From a virus, in the IMG/VR virus record IMGVR_UViG_3300037067_012225, positions 3,127 through 67,126 of that record: a DNA stretch of 64,000 bases, one strand, 5' to 3'. The position numbers and the translations under genes were made by a program. The notes beneath the pieces are model-generated. The model made no database searches. It had not been told where the DNA came from and worked only from the letters and a program-made list of their open reading frames with translations. Below are positions 8,932 through 19,331 of this stretch, in pieces; positions within the stretch are counted from its first letter, which is position 1, and the number at the start of each line of letters is the position of its first letter.

Positions 8932-10031
8932 ATGGCGTCCGGGTCTGCTCGTTTAGAGTACAATTCATTACCTTCGTCTACGATTTCACGATTTAATCTA
9001 ATCGCTAAGTTTCGTCGAAGGTCTTTGGCTCCGCGTACATCTTGATCGAACCATTTTGCGAATAGATCTTCAATCTTTATGGGTTCGAGTTCAACAAGCT
9101 TTGCCTGCGGTGCTTCATCGTCTGATAGATTAATGAATGTGACTTTCTTAGCGCCCATCTCTGCGAAACGATTGCGTATTTCTTGATATTCGTTTGGTGT
9201 GTAATCCCTATTGGTTGCTATTCTAATCACGTTACCGCGAACATTGGATTCGGTTTTCTCACCTAACAATTCTGCTGCGAAAGTGCAATATTGCGGCGGC
9301 GGTACAGTGTCCGGTTGTAGTATCTGTCCTTGTTCTAGAATATTGATAAATTCATGTTCATTCTTGTCTTGGTCGAAGACAAAGAATCCGTGGTCGTGGT
9401 CGCCCTCATCGAATTTGAATGGTAACAAACTCCCAGGATACCAGAGATTATCACCAACCTGTTGGCATAGATGAAAATGCCCGGCATACACGCGGTCGAA
9501 CTTGCTTTGTATGAATGTTACCATCGACCAACGTTGTAATAAGAAGCATACGTTTTGGATTGCGTTATTAACTCCGACATGTGTTAATAGGATATCTTCC
9601 TTACTCGCCTGCTTCTCAATCCGCTGCAGGATTCGCATATATGCAGACTCTGAATAGACGAATGGCAGTACCCAGTATCGCCTGTCGTCGATTTCTAGGA
9701 CTTTGACGGTATCGATGATCGTTAGCAACTCACCCAGTGGTCTGATACTATTAATATTCCAACTATGCTTCAAGAACATATCGTGGTTGCCTGGAAATGC
9801 AATCCACTGTTGGTTGTAGTCGAATTTCGCTTCTCTGAAAAAATCATAGGCACCGCACAGTATTTCTATAGATAAGTGCTGTCTGTCATGAAACAGATCA
9901 CCTAGCACTACCACTGTGTCGATGCTGTTTGTCTGGCAATAATTCCTAATGGTCCGTAACGCCCATATGATGTCATTACTGCGGCCAGAGTATCCTAAGT
10001 GAACATCTGCGACTATTGCTATCTTCGTCAT
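8928..10031 (-). CDS. Mre11/SbcD (T4 gp47-like) metallophosphoesterase nuclease
   Basis: Motifs DVHLG, LGDLFH, PGNHD, LLTH, GHFH and YPGS. Confidence 0.9.
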   Translation of the reverse strand: MTKIAIVADVHLGYSGRSNDIIWALRTIRNYCQTNSIDTVVVLGDLFHDRQHLSIEILCGAYDFFREAKFDYNQQWIAFPGNHDMFLKHSWNINSIRPLGELLTIIDTVKVLEIDDRRYWVLPFVYSESAYMRILQRIEKQASKEDILLTHVGVNNAIQNVCFLLQRWSMVTFIQSKFDRVYAGHFHLCQQVGDNLWYPGSLLPFKFDEGDHDHGFFVFDQDKNEHEFINILEQGQILQPDTVPPPQYCTFAAELLGEKTESNVRGNVIRIATNRDYTPNEYQEIRNRFAEMGAKKVTFINLSDDEAPQAKLVELEPIKIEDLFAKWFDQDVRGAKDLRRNLAIRLNREIVDEGNELYSKRADPDAI

Positions 10032-10055
10032 GTCAAATTTCTTAATAGGTGATTT

Positions 10056-10310
10056 ATGTTCAACGAAAATCTACAGCGTGCTCTCAACAACGTCGACCCA
10101 AACACAGACAAAGAAACTTGGCTGAGATTTTGTGAATGGGCCCATTCTTTTCACGACATAGATACTAGAAAATTAATCAAGTTTGGGAGTTTTGCAATGT
10201 TGGAGCGAAACGGTGAAGTCAAGCTGCCGTTGAAATACTTAGAATCGATAAAGGATTTATGGGTAAAATGGACTAAAGCTGTAGAATCTGATAGTATGTC
10301 GCAGGTGTAA
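10056..10310 (+). CDS. Hypothetical protein
   Basis: ORF with an AGGTG RBS. Confidence 0.55.
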   Translation: MFNENLQRALNNVDPNTDKETWLRFCEWAHSFHDIDTRKLIKFGSFAMLERNGEVKLPLKYLESIKDLWVKWTKAVESDSMSQV

Positions 10311-10332
10311 TTGCGATAGTATTTCATAATTC

Positions 10333-12102
10333 ATGGAATTTGATCTAAACAAAATACCGGAACATTTCCCATTCGACACTTTCAGAGAAGGCCAACTTGA
10401 ATGTATTGAGTTTATACTCAAAGCATTCATGTCTGGTAAGAAATATGTCGTTCTCGAAGCACCCACCGGTGCTGGTAAGTCGGCTATTGGTATGGCTGTC
10501 GCGAAGTTCTTCGAGAGTAGCTATTACCTAACCGTACAAAAAGTTCTGCAAACGCAGATTATGAAAGACTTCGGCAGTGGCGAAGTCGTCGATCTTAAAG
10601 GACGATCAGCTTACACCTGCGCTTTCTATAAAAACTTTGGGAAGAATGCTGTGCAGAGGAAAGCTATGTTCCAAAAGGATTTGGACAGGCTATTAGATGC
10701 ACCTCCGACTTGCGATAAGGGCTATTGTCGTAAAAAGGACAAAGCTCGCCGCTGCAAGATGTGCTTTCCATATCAGCCGGGCGAAAATGAGTCTGCGGCT
10801 GAAAAGGCGTTCAACGTCAACTATCATAGCACATGCCCTTACTATAAGCAGATTGCAAAAGCGATGGCTGCCAGATTGGCCATCATGAACTACAGCAGCT
10901 TCTTGTATCAGAGAGCAATCGCACAGAGATTTGGCGTTCGTGATCTCCTGATAATCGACGAAGCACATCAAGCCGAACCGCAACTTCTAGACTTCATTTC
11001 TATAACCATTGACGACAAGCGACTTCAGAAGCTTGGCTATAAGCTTGAAGAGTACGAATTGCCACAAGAGTACTATATGTCGTTCAAGGAGAACGATATA
11101 CTTGGCAAAGTACAAGCTATTGCTGAGATGGCCGAAGAAGCTGAAGACACAGAAACCGCCGATGAGTATGGGGGTTTAGTTCGCAAAATCAAAGCCTTCT
11201 ATACCAGCATCGAAGAAGACGAAGATTGGGTTGCCGAGTTTAAAGTAGTGGAGCAGGGACAGGGACAGAAGCATTATGCTTATCGTTCCGTCATATTAAA
11301 GCCGATTTTTGTACATTCGAAGTCGCATCAGTTGATGTTCAACAATGGTTCCAATGTGCTGATGATGAGTGCGACAATATTGGACGTCGATATCTTCTGC
11401 CATTCTTTAGGCATACCGAGGAATCAAGTTGCCGCTTATCGGATGAAGAATAGGTTCCCCGTTGCGAACCGCCCGATAGTTGTCGACAGTGCCGCTAAGA
11501 TTGTCGGTGGTCCCACTAAGATGAAAGAATGGGCACCAAAGCTTGTTGCGAAAGTAGACGAAATTCTAGATAGATACGAGGATGATCGTGGCATCGTCCA
11601 TACGCACAACTTCGCAATCGCTGATTATTTAATGGAAAAGTCGCGTCATCGTCATCGGTTCTTATATCAGAAACGATTCGCAACAAAAGAAGATATGCTG
11701 CGAAAGCACGACAGCAGTGCTAATACAATCATAATCGCACCAGCATTACATGAAGGCTTGGATTTACGTGGCGACCTGAGTAGGATTCAGTTGATTTGTA
11801 AAGTGCCATGGCCAAATTTCAAGGACAACAAACAACTCACGCGCAGAATGGAGATCGATCAGCGTTATTATACATGGCTAACAGCGTTGAAGCTTATCCA
11901 ATCAAGTGGCAGAAGCATCAGGAGTGAAACGGACTGGGCACATACTTACGTTCTCGACGAAGTGTTTCATAGGTTCATGCTAGAGGCCGCTAGTATGATT
12001 CCGTCGTGGTTCAAAGATGCCGTCGATTACGGTGAGAGGTTCAAATCGGAAATCAAAGCGATTCGATCCAAACCTACAGAGGATGATGAAATTCCATTCT
12101 AG
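10333..12102 (+). CDS. DinG/XPD-like SF2 helicase
   Basis: Motifs EAPTGAGKS, LKGRSAYTC, a Cys cluster (possible Fe-S site), DEAH, MSATI, EGLD and QSSGRSIRSETD. Confidence 0.9.
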   Translation: MEFDLNKIPEHFPFDTFREGQLECIEFILKAFMSGKKYVVLEAPTGAGKSAIGMAVAKFFESSYYLTVQKVLQTQIMKDFGSGEVVDLKGRSAYTCAFYKNFGKNAVQRKAMFQKDLDRLLDAPPTCDKGYCRKKDKARRCKMCFPYQPGENESAAEKAFNVNYHSTCPYYKQIAKAMAARLAIMNYSSFLYQRAIAQRFGVRDLLIIDEAHQAEPQLLDFISITIDDKRLQKLGYKLEEYELPQEYYMSFKENDILGKVQAIAEMAEEAEDTETADEYGGLVRKIKAFYTSIEEDEDWVAEFKVVEQGQGQKHYAYRSVILKPIFVHSKSHQLMFNNGSNVLMMSATILDVDIFCHSLGIPRNQVAAYRMKNRFPVANRPIVVDSAAKIVGGPTKMKEWAPKLVAKVDEILDRYEDDRGIVHTHNFAIADYLMEKSRHRHRFLYQKRFATKEDMLRKHDSSANTIIIAPALHEGLDLRGDLSRIQLICKVPWPNFKDNKQLTRRMEIDQRYYTWLTALKLIQSSGRSIRSETDWAHTYVLDEVFHRFMLEAASMIPSWFKDAVDYGERFKSEIKAIRSKPTEDDEIPF

Positions 12103-12109
12103 GCGCTAA

Positions 12110-12484
12110 ATGAACTATTACCAACCACGGGAGCTTACCAAAGATGGCAAACCCACTGGTCTATTTCACTACACGTGTCGGAATGATGGTCAGATATGGC
12201 CTGTTGGATTATGCGCGTCTGATTGCGCAGGCCATACGACGGAACAAGAGGCTCGCGAACATTGGCGGCTATATTTAATCCAAGGTATCGAATTCGCTCC
12301 GATTACGCAGGAGTGGCCGAAGGAAAAGTGCGAATCCGAGGGTTGCAATGAACAAGCAACTATAATTGGATGCACAAAAAATGAACCTGGCGTATTCAAT
12401 CATCGCAGGTTCTGCACTAAGCATGCAACGCCCGAAGAAATGGCTAAGTTTATCGATTCGGGCGACTCAATTTCATCTTACTAA
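12110..12484 (+). CDS. Hypothetical Cys/His-containing protein
   Basis: ORF in operon context. Confidence 0.55.
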   Translation: MNYYQPRELTKDGKPTGLFHYTCRNDGQIWPVGLCASDCAGHTTEQEAREHWRLYLIQGIEFAPITQEWPKEKCESEGCNEQATIIGCTKNEPGVFNHRRFCTKHATPEEMAKFIDSGDSISSY

Positions 12485-12492
12485 GGTAAAGC

Positions 12493-13353
12493 ATGATAGT
12501 CTTCCACCACAATGACGCCGATGGGCGTTGCGCGGCTGCTATCGTTAAGCATTGGTTTGATGCCACATCTACGCCGAGCATGGAGCATTCGTGCTTCAAA
12601 GCGGTTGAGATGGATTACAAGGACAAACCACCATTCGGATCAATCGACCCATATGATACTGTAGTCATTGTCGATTTTTCGTTTAAGCCAGAAGATATGA
12701 AAACGATTATGGCTGCGACGAAAATGGGTGTAGTGTGGTGCGATCATCACAAGACCGCAAAGGATTACGATTACGGCTGTGAAATCGCTGGTATTCGCGA
12801 TTTCACCGATAAAGGACTCTGTGGTGCCGAACTAGCTTGGAAGTTTTTCTTCCCGAAAGAGTACATGCCGCATTGGCTGACATTACTTGGTGACTATGAC
12901 GCTTGGAGGATGACACACAGAGAAGAATGCTTAGCATTCTATGAGGGATTGAAACTATATGTGCAAGATCCGGAATACGGAATTTGGCATACATTGCTAA
13001 AAGAGGACCATCTCTGGGACAAGATCAGAGATGAAGGGAAAGTATGCATATTTTACCGTGATAACTATTGCGGTGAGATGCGTAAGTCGTTTGGGTTTGA
13101 GACTGTGATAGGTGGACAAAAAGCCTACGCCCTTAACACTTATCGCTTTGGTTCACAGGGATTTGGCGAGAAGGCTAAGGAATACCCAATCTGCATAGCC
13201 TTCATTTATGATGGGCGTCAATTTGCCGTCAGTTTATATTCAGAGACGGTAGATGTCTCGGTGATAGCTAAGTCGTTTGGTGGCGGTGGGCACAAGGGTG
13301 CTTCAGGATTTGTATGCAAAGCGTTGCCGTTTGTTATTTCAGAGCCGCAATAA
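12493..13353 (+). CDS. DHH/DHHA1 phosphoesterase
   Basis: Motifs HNDADG, VDFS, DHH and GGGGHKGASGF. Confidence 0.9.
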   Translation: MIVFHHNDADGRCAAAIVKHWFDATSTPSMEHSCFKAVEMDYKDKPPFGSIDPYDTVVIVDFSFKPEDMKTIMAATKMGVVWCDHHKTAKDYDYGCEIAGIRDFTDKGLCGAELAWKFFFPKEYMPHWLTLLGDYDAWRMTHREECLAFYEGLKLYVQDPEYGIWHTLLKEDHLWDKIRDEGKVCIFYRDNYCGEMRKSFGFETVIGGQKAYALNTYRFGSQGFGEKAKEYPICIAFIYDGRQFAVSLYSETVDVSVIAKSFGGGGHKGASGFVCKALPFVISEPQ

Positions 13354-13954
13354 TTCTTTGTATTGGTGGTGTTTTGATTATCCACCGCATCGGTTTAGAC
13401 TGCATTATATCGTTGAGTATCTTTTTGGCCGCTATAGCACCTTGTTCTTTGGCGATATTAATAATTTTATCTGCGACCTCTACCGCTAGATTTTGATTTC
13501 CTTCAAAAGGTACACACAGTACTGCACAAACATATGATTTGCCACCAGAAGAATATTCTACAGATGCACCTATTTCTTTGACATCTGGATGTAATATTGC
13601 TTCTCTGTGTGGTTTTGATCCAATCCAAAGACCAACTATCGCATCTGGTCCTTCGTTTCCCGTAAATAGTACTTCTCCGGCTTTGTAGAGGGCGTAGCTA
13701 GAAGCTCGCATTCTGTCGTCAAGATTTGGATATTTGACACCACGTAAGACGTGCCCGAACTGTCCTGTTCTTGCCATTTGTTTAGCTTGTATCTTGGCGG
13801 CAATATCTATTTTATTATTGTGGCTTACAGGATTTAGATGTTTAGATTTGCGTTGCCTGTTTATAGCAGAAATTATATTCATACCTGATATAGATTCACA
13901 TAATAGTAGAGCGGATGATAATTTCTGTTCAAACTTGATGGTGCAGGTATCCAT
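13334..13954 (-). CDS. CAP/SCP-domain protein
   Basis: Motifs INRQR...QAKQMA...FGH...AGEVL...WIGSKPHREAIL. Start placed at ATG 13954. Confidence 0.8.
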   Translation of the reverse strand: MDTCTIKFEQKLSSALLLCESISGMNIISAINRQRKSKHLNPVSHNNKIDIAAKIQAKQMARTGQFGHVLRGVKYPNLDDRMRASSYALYKAGEVLFTGNEGPDAIVGLWIGSKPHREAILHPDVKEIGASVEYSSGGKSYVCAVLCVPFEGNQNLAVEVADKIINIAKEQGAIAAKKILNDIMQSKPMRWIIKTPPIQRIIAALK

Positions 13955-14007
13955 GTATTTAGTTTTGAATGACTTCGTAAGTAATATATTCGCACCATGG
14001 AGGTAGT

Positions 14008-14229
14008 ATGAAAGATAACAAAAACGGAAAGGCCAAGGCTGAGGCTGTTGCAGTTTGTGAGCAGTGCGGGCGAAAAATACCAAAGGAGCGATTGAAGGCC
14101 GTTCCGAATACGGTCTTGTGCGTATGTTGTGCTGCAGAAGTAGAACACGAAGAAGGTACGGATCGAATAGTCCCTCTGGTCGATTATGACCCCAGCGAAT
14201 TATTAGATGCGATATCGTCGGATGATTAG
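14008..14229 (+). CDS. TraR/DksA C4-type zinc-finger protein
   Basis: CEQCGRKIPKERLKAVPNTVLCVCC. GGAGG RBS. Confidence 0.85.
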   Translation: MKDNKNGKAKAEAVAVCEQCGRKIPKERLKAVPNTVLCVCCAAEVEHEEGTDRIVPLVDYDPSELLDAISSDD

Positions 14230-14232
14230 CAA

Positions 14233-16461
14233 ATGTCAAATATCACACGCCTACCGAAAGCACCAATAGATGGTATGGAGGTCTGTGATGTCTATGGATC
14301 TATTTGGAGATATGACAGACAACTAAATTCCTGGATGAATGTTGGGACGATTGGTGACTCGCCGGTCGTGACTGACGCCCAGGATGGTTTGGTTTCTCCA
14401 TCTATCTTTACTCGCCTTAGCACGATATCTTCAGAAATTCAAAATGGTTTGAAGTTTGACTTTCTGAAAATCTATCCACATTTATCTGGATATTATTATC
14501 TATTTCAATCATCAAACCATACAATCACATTTGAGCCGGAATCAGCACGCGATCTGAGAATAGAAGTGAGCCGACCGAGGTTGTTGGCTTTACTATCGCA
14601 ACTAAAATGTCCAGGTGAGCAGGGGCTAGTCGGGGAGCAAGGAGATACCGGAACACCTGGTTCTATCGGAGAACAGGAGAAGAAATATCCCGCTGCGATA
14701 TCTGGTTCGAGGATGTCAATAGACGTAGCAGTCGATGATTCTCTCGGTACTCCGATATCATTAAGGCTTTTTGCTAGCTATTCTTCAACCCCATCAGTGG
14801 TAATCAAGGTTGTCGGGTCCGAATTTGAGGTTATATCGTCATCGATCACAATTGATGTAGTCTCGACATTCTTAGAATATGCTGACGGTCGATTGTCAGG
14901 GCAGATAACAAGCCAACAATGGAGCACATTTATATGGCATTATAAAGCTTCACAAATGGGCAAGAAAGGTCCAATTGGTGAAGATGGGCACGGTTTCATA
15001 AGCGTTGTATCGGACGATGTTACCGATAGTAATTTGAGATCAAATGCCGCAATCGTTTTGTTGCGTCGTGGCGATGGTATTAATACTATTAATTATTTAT
15101 CGACCAATCTGTTCAAGACAAATTGTGTGTCGAAATTAGCGATTAGTCACTTATGTGCCACTACTACGACATCACTGACTGATTCCTATGCAGCATTGCA
15201 AACGTCAACTGATAGTTGCAAGTCGATAACTAGATATATGCTCAAGCCAGTTGTGGCTGAGATGCCTAATCTAGTTTTCAGTGAATGGACACCGACAAGT
15301 ACATGCCTGAGGCAACGGCATCTTGCTGCATCAAGATTGATGTGGCCAGATTATACTAAGGTTGATTCAGGGATGCTGCCATGGCAACAAGCTAATAAGA
15401 ATATAGCAGTAGGTCCTGGCTATCCTTGGTCGATAGTTGAGGAATCTGACCCAGGACAATTATGCTGTCAAGAAGATTTCTTTTTCTGCTCTAATGTCAA
15501 TGATGTTACCGGCGCTTGCCCCGTGACAGTTGTTGATGGGATTCAGACACCACAAGCATCTGCATTTGGATGCGATTGCGATTGCCCGATTTCATTTTTA
15601 TTAGAAGGTGGCTATGAATTTGAAGACGTGAAAGCGACAGCGATAGGCGATATATCTTCACAAGTCGCCATTTGCAGTTTAAATGGTGGTCTTCATGAAT
15701 ATAATGCAACTATAAACGTATCGACTACAACGCCGGTATTAGTAGCTGTCACTTGGAAGATAGAGTACGACACTATTTGCGATGACGCCAGAACAATATA
15801 TCAATCACAGAACAGCACAATACCGGGTTTCACTTTCGACCCGCGTGTTGCAGTTAGCCAGTCTAGTTGTCCTATAGGTTGGGCGGTCACAGATAAATCA
15901 ATCGCGTCGACTACGATGGAGCGGCAAGCGTGCGATAATCGCCAGACGCTAGCCAACATAGGATTCATAACATATTATTTCAAAGGGACTGCTGGAACTA
16001 TAGTTACAAGTGCTGAGGTCAACACTCTTAGATTAAATTGTTGTCTCGGATATAAAGTTACTGTGTTTACAAACGTCCTTGACCCAGCAGCGATCTCTAT
16101 CGGAGATACCTGTGCTGTTGAGATAACGTTAAGCCAATCACCTTCACCGTCACCATCAGTATCGCCATCGACTTCGCTTTCGCCATCTATTAGTTTGTCG
16201 CCTTCGGCAAGCTTGTCGCCTTCGACTTCGTTGTCAATGTCACCGTCAGTATCTCTATCAATCTCTGAGTCGCCTTCGCCTTCGCCTTCGCCATCGTTGT
16301 CATTATCCCCATCTATAAGCCAATCATTGTCACCGTCGCTTTCACAATCATTATCGCCATCAGAATCCTTATCGCCGTCAGAATCGCCATCGCTGTCGCT
16401 TTCGCCATCAGTTTCGCAGTCTCCGTCGATACTATCGCCTTCGCTTTCGTTGTCGCCATAA
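14233..16461 (+). CDS. Cys-rich probable virion protein with short collagen stretches and a Ser/Pro mucin-like tail
   Basis: GxY stretches, CCQEDFFFCSNVND motif and ~110 aa of SPSxSLS repeats. Paralog of 16472. Confidence 0.65.
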   Translation: MSNITRLPKAPIDGMEVCDVYGSIWRYDRQLNSWMNVGTIGDSPVVTDAQDGLVSPSIFTRLSTISSEIQNGLKFDFLKIYPHLSGYYYLFQSSNHTITFEPESARDLRIEVSRPRLLALLSQLKCPGEQGLVGEQGDTGTPGSIGEQEKKYPAAISGSRMSIDVAVDDSLGTPISLRLFASYSSTPSVVIKVVGSEFEVISSSITIDVVSTFLEYADGRLSGQITSQQWSTFIWHYKASQMGKKGPIGEDGHGFISVVSDDVTDSNLRSNAAIVLLRRGDGINTINYLSTNLFKTNCVSKLAISHLCATTTTSLTDSYAALQTSTDSCKSITRYMLKPVVAEMPNLVFSEWTPTSTCLRQRHLAASRLMWPDYTKVDSGMLPWQQANKNIAVGPGYPWSIVEESDPGQLCCQEDFFFCSNVNDVTGACPVTVVDGIQTPQASAFGCDCDCPISFLLEGGYEFEDVKATAIGDISSQVAICSLNGGLHEYNATINVSTTTPVLVAVTWKIEYDTICDDARTIYQSQNSTIPGFTFDPRVAVSQSSCPIGWAVTDKSIASTTMERQACDNRQTLANIGFITYYFKGTAGTIVTSAEVNTLRLNCCLGYKVTVFTNVLDPAAISIGDTCAVEITLSQSPSPSPSVSPSTSLSPSISLSPSASLSPSTSLSMSPSVSLSISESPSPSPSPSLSLSPSISQSLSPSLSQSLSPSESLSPSESPSLSLSPSVSQSPSILSPSLSLSP
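16132..16458 (+). repeat. Ser/Pro low-complexity coding repeat
   Basis: SPSPSPSVSPSTSLSPSISLSP... encoded by TCG/CCx-rich codons. Confidence 0.9.
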
Positions 16462-16471
16462 GGAGCTAGAG

Positions 16472-19309
16472 TTGAATTGCCACGCGCTAAGTGATGGAAC
16501 GAACCTCGTAGACGGTACTGTCGTTATAGATGGTAGTGGTGATCGGTGGCAGTACAATAGCAAGCTGAATACATGGTCTTGTGTTGGTGTGTTTATTTCG
16601 GCACCTATGGTAACTGAAACGAGTGATGGATTAGTGTCGCCTCCGATTTTCACACGCATTAATGCTATATCTGAGACTATGCAAGATGGTCTTGATTTTA
16701 ATTTTCTCAAGATTTATCCACATCTAACAGGTTATTACTATCTATTTCAATCCTCGAATCATACGATTTCATTCTCGCCTGAATCTAGTCACGATCTACG
16801 AGTTGAAATCAATCGTCCTAGATTATTAGCGCTCCTATCACAACTGAGATGCCCAGGCGCAGATGGATTAACGGGAGAACAGGGCGATAGAGGAACCGCT
16901 GGCGATCCAGGCAAGCCAGAAGTAAAACATCCGGCGACAATAGACGGCTCAGCATTTGTAATAAACGCTACAGCCGCATCAACAATTGCAACACCGATTT
17001 CACTTAGGATATTTAAGAATAGTTCTAATAAGAGCTCTCTGACCATTTGGCAACCGGTTAATGGCGATCCTTTTGTTGTAGTCTATTCTGAATTTGAACT
17101 TGCGGCGGATTCGTTTCTAAATTACGATAATGTTACGTCTATCATATCCGGGAGACTAATATCAGATGAATGGGCTGGCCATAGTTGGTATTATAAAGTC
17201 AATGAAATCGGTCATAAAGGCCAGCGTGGCGTAGATGGTGGCGGATTTATTGATGTAGTAGAGAACAGTTTAATAGATGACACTATAGAAGCCACGACGG
17301 CGGTCATTTCATTGCGATCCAACAGTCTGAAGTCTGATATATATTTCTTCGCTGACAAGCTGTTCCCGAACAATTGTGTATCAAAACTCGCTGTTTTGCG
17401 TGCTTGTGCGACCGCAAGTATAGTACCGCTAAACACTGTTGGCGATTTATCGTTAGCTGCAGTTAAATCGACGATTGATAATTGCAAGACAATAACGCGA
17501 TTCAAATTCGCAGAGAAACAGATCGATACGCCGACATTACAATTTGTGGAATGGACACCTATTGAGGCTTGCTGGACACAACACCAAACAAATCAATTTA
17601 AATGGAAGGATTTCACACCGGCGTCGATAGTCGCATGGCGGCGGGCGAACTCAGATACTAACCGCGATTCTAGATATCCGTGGGCGATCGTCGAGCCACA
17701 ATTCCCAGGACAGCGATGCTGCCAAGAGGATTTTTTCTTCTGCTCAAATGTTAATGACGTCGCTGGTGGTTGCCCGGTTCTAGTTGTTGAACCGATCAAG
17801 CCAGAAATCATTGAGATATGTTGCCCGTGCGATTGTCCTAGCTACTTAGACACTAGTTTAGATATCAATCTACCTTATACGTATGACACAGACTCATCGG
17901 CAGACCCAACTTGCCAAGGCTTTGATTGTGTTGTTGATGGGACACTACAACATTATGAGATCAATGTTCGTGTACCGTGGACCGAAAGCGGTTCGATTAC
18001 TGCGAACATAACATTTAGCTCGCAATTTAACGCAATATGCGATGAAGCTAGATATATTAGTAGCGAATCGTGCCCAAATTATCCAGATGCCGCCGCGTGC
18101 CCTGTATCATGGTCTGCGGCCTGCACCAATAATTCAGCAATTGCTGGCGGTAAGAAGTTTTCGACAATCGGATCAGCACTAACATTCACATATTCTGGCC
18201 CAAGTAACGTGTCGCTTGTATTCGGGATCGACGTTAATCTCGAAGGTGTTGTTTGCTGCTTGGGATATTCTATACTGGCCTGTGCGATTGGATCTTCTAC
18301 ACGGCCAACGACAACGCCCACGCCGACAACTACACCAGAACCCACAATAGGACCACAACCGACTACAACCACTACATTGCCGCCGTTCCCGACAACGACA
18401 CCGCCACCGCCGACTACATTTTGGCCACCGACGACTTGGTATCCGCCGACAACACCGCCTCCGCCGACGACACCACACCCACCATATACGACTACACCTG
18501 GGCCCACAACTACATCTGGTCCATCTCCCACAATTTGCCCAGGCCAATGTCAGTGGTATATGTCTCCGGGAGGTGGTAATTGGTCGAGAGTGACCAATCC
18601 TTGCACTCCTGGATGTTCATGTTCTGAACCAACAGCGAATGCTCCCAGAACACCAATTCCAGAAGGTGGGGCATATGCCTACACAAGATGCAAGCCGACA
18701 CAGACAACAACACAAGCACCGCCAACTACGCAGGCACCTCCGACAACACAAGCACCACCGACAACTCAATCGCCAACTACGCCGCAGCCGACAACAACAG
18801 AAGCACCAGCTACATGCAATTATTCTATAGCAGCAGTAATGAGTTGGCCTAACATAAGCGATCTAGATCTTTATGGTAAATCTGGTAGTGCACCTACTTG
18901 TTACTACGGTAATAAAGGTTCGTACACAGACATAAGCGTTTCTGGTGGTCTTGTTTTAGACAAGGATGCTTATCCTAATTGTCAGGCTAGCCCGCAGCCA
19001 CCAGAAACAATAGATGGTAGTTACGGTGCTAGCAATAATTTTAGATTTTGGTATAACAACTATACTACTTCTTGTCCTGGTGATCCGACATCAGCAGAGG
19101 TGAAAGTAACTAATAATGGTCCTGCAACGATATATGTTAATGGTAGCGAGGTAGCGCCAGGTGCCAACCATACAGAGACAATACAACGATGTAGTGCAAT
19201 TGGCAAACAAGACGGTTATGGTGGCGGTACGACGATAGACGTATCGTGCAATACTCCACCAACAACTCCGCCGCCTACGACACCGGCACCGACAACTCCG
19301 GCACCATAG
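16472..19309 (+). CDS. Cys-rich probable virion protein with Thr/Pro mucin-like tracts
   Basis: TTG start after AAGGAG. Shares FLKIYPHL.GYYYLFQSSNHTI and CCQEDFFFCSNVNDV with 14233. PPTT and PPTTQA repeats. Confidence 0.65.
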   Translation: MNCHALSDGTNLVDGTVVIDGSGDRWQYNSKLNTWSCVGVFISAPMVTETSDGLVSPPIFTRINAISETMQDGLDFNFLKIYPHLTGYYYLFQSSNHTISFSPESSHDLRVEINRPRLLALLSQLRCPGADGLTGEQGDRGTAGDPGKPEVKHPATIDGSAFVINATAASTIATPISLRIFKNSSNKSSLTIWQPVNGDPFVVVYSEFELAADSFLNYDNVTSIISGRLISDEWAGHSWYYKVNEIGHKGQRGVDGGGFIDVVENSLIDDTIEATTAVISLRSNSLKSDIYFFADKLFPNNCVSKLAVLRACATASIVPLNTVGDLSLAAVKSTIDNCKTITRFKFAEKQIDTPTLQFVEWTPIEACWTQHQTNQFKWKDFTPASIVAWRRANSDTNRDSRYPWAIVEPQFPGQRCCQEDFFFCSNVNDVAGGCPVLVVEPIKPEIIEICCPCDCPSYLDTSLDINLPYTYDTDSSADPTCQGFDCVVDGTLQHYEINVRVPWTESGSITANITFSSQFNAICDEARYISSESCPNYPDAAACPVSWSAACTNNSAIAGGKKFSTIGSALTFTYSGPSNVSLVFGIDVNLEGVVCCLGYSILACAIGSSTRPTTTPTPTTTPEPTIGPQPTTTTTLPPFPTTTPPPPTTFWPPTTWYPPTTPPPPTTPHPPYTTTPGPTTTSGPSPTICPGQCQWYMSPGGGNWSRVTNPCTPGCSCSEPTANAPRTPIPEGGAYAYTRCKPTQTTTQAPPTTQAPPTTQAPPTTQSPTTPQPTTTEAPATCNYSIAAVMSWPNISDLDLYGKSGSAPTCYYGNKGSYTDISVSGGLVLDKDAYPNCQASPQPPETIDGSYGASNNFRFWYNNYTTSCPGDPTSAEVKVTNNGPATIYVNGSEVAPGANHTETIQRCSAIGKQDGYGGGTTIDVSCNTPPTTPPPTTPAPTTPAP
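18298..18810 (+). repeat. Thr/Pro mucin-like coding repeats
   Basis: PTTTPTPTTTPEP..., PPTTFW/PPTTWY and TQAPPT x3. Confidence 0.85.
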
Positions 19310-19331
19310 TTTCTGCATAGTAGATAATACT

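Noticed and set aside
16132..19309. CRISPR array or non-coding tandem repeat
   Set aside because: The repeats are in-frame low-complexity coding sequence with no constant repeat and unique spacer pattern. No cas genes were seen.
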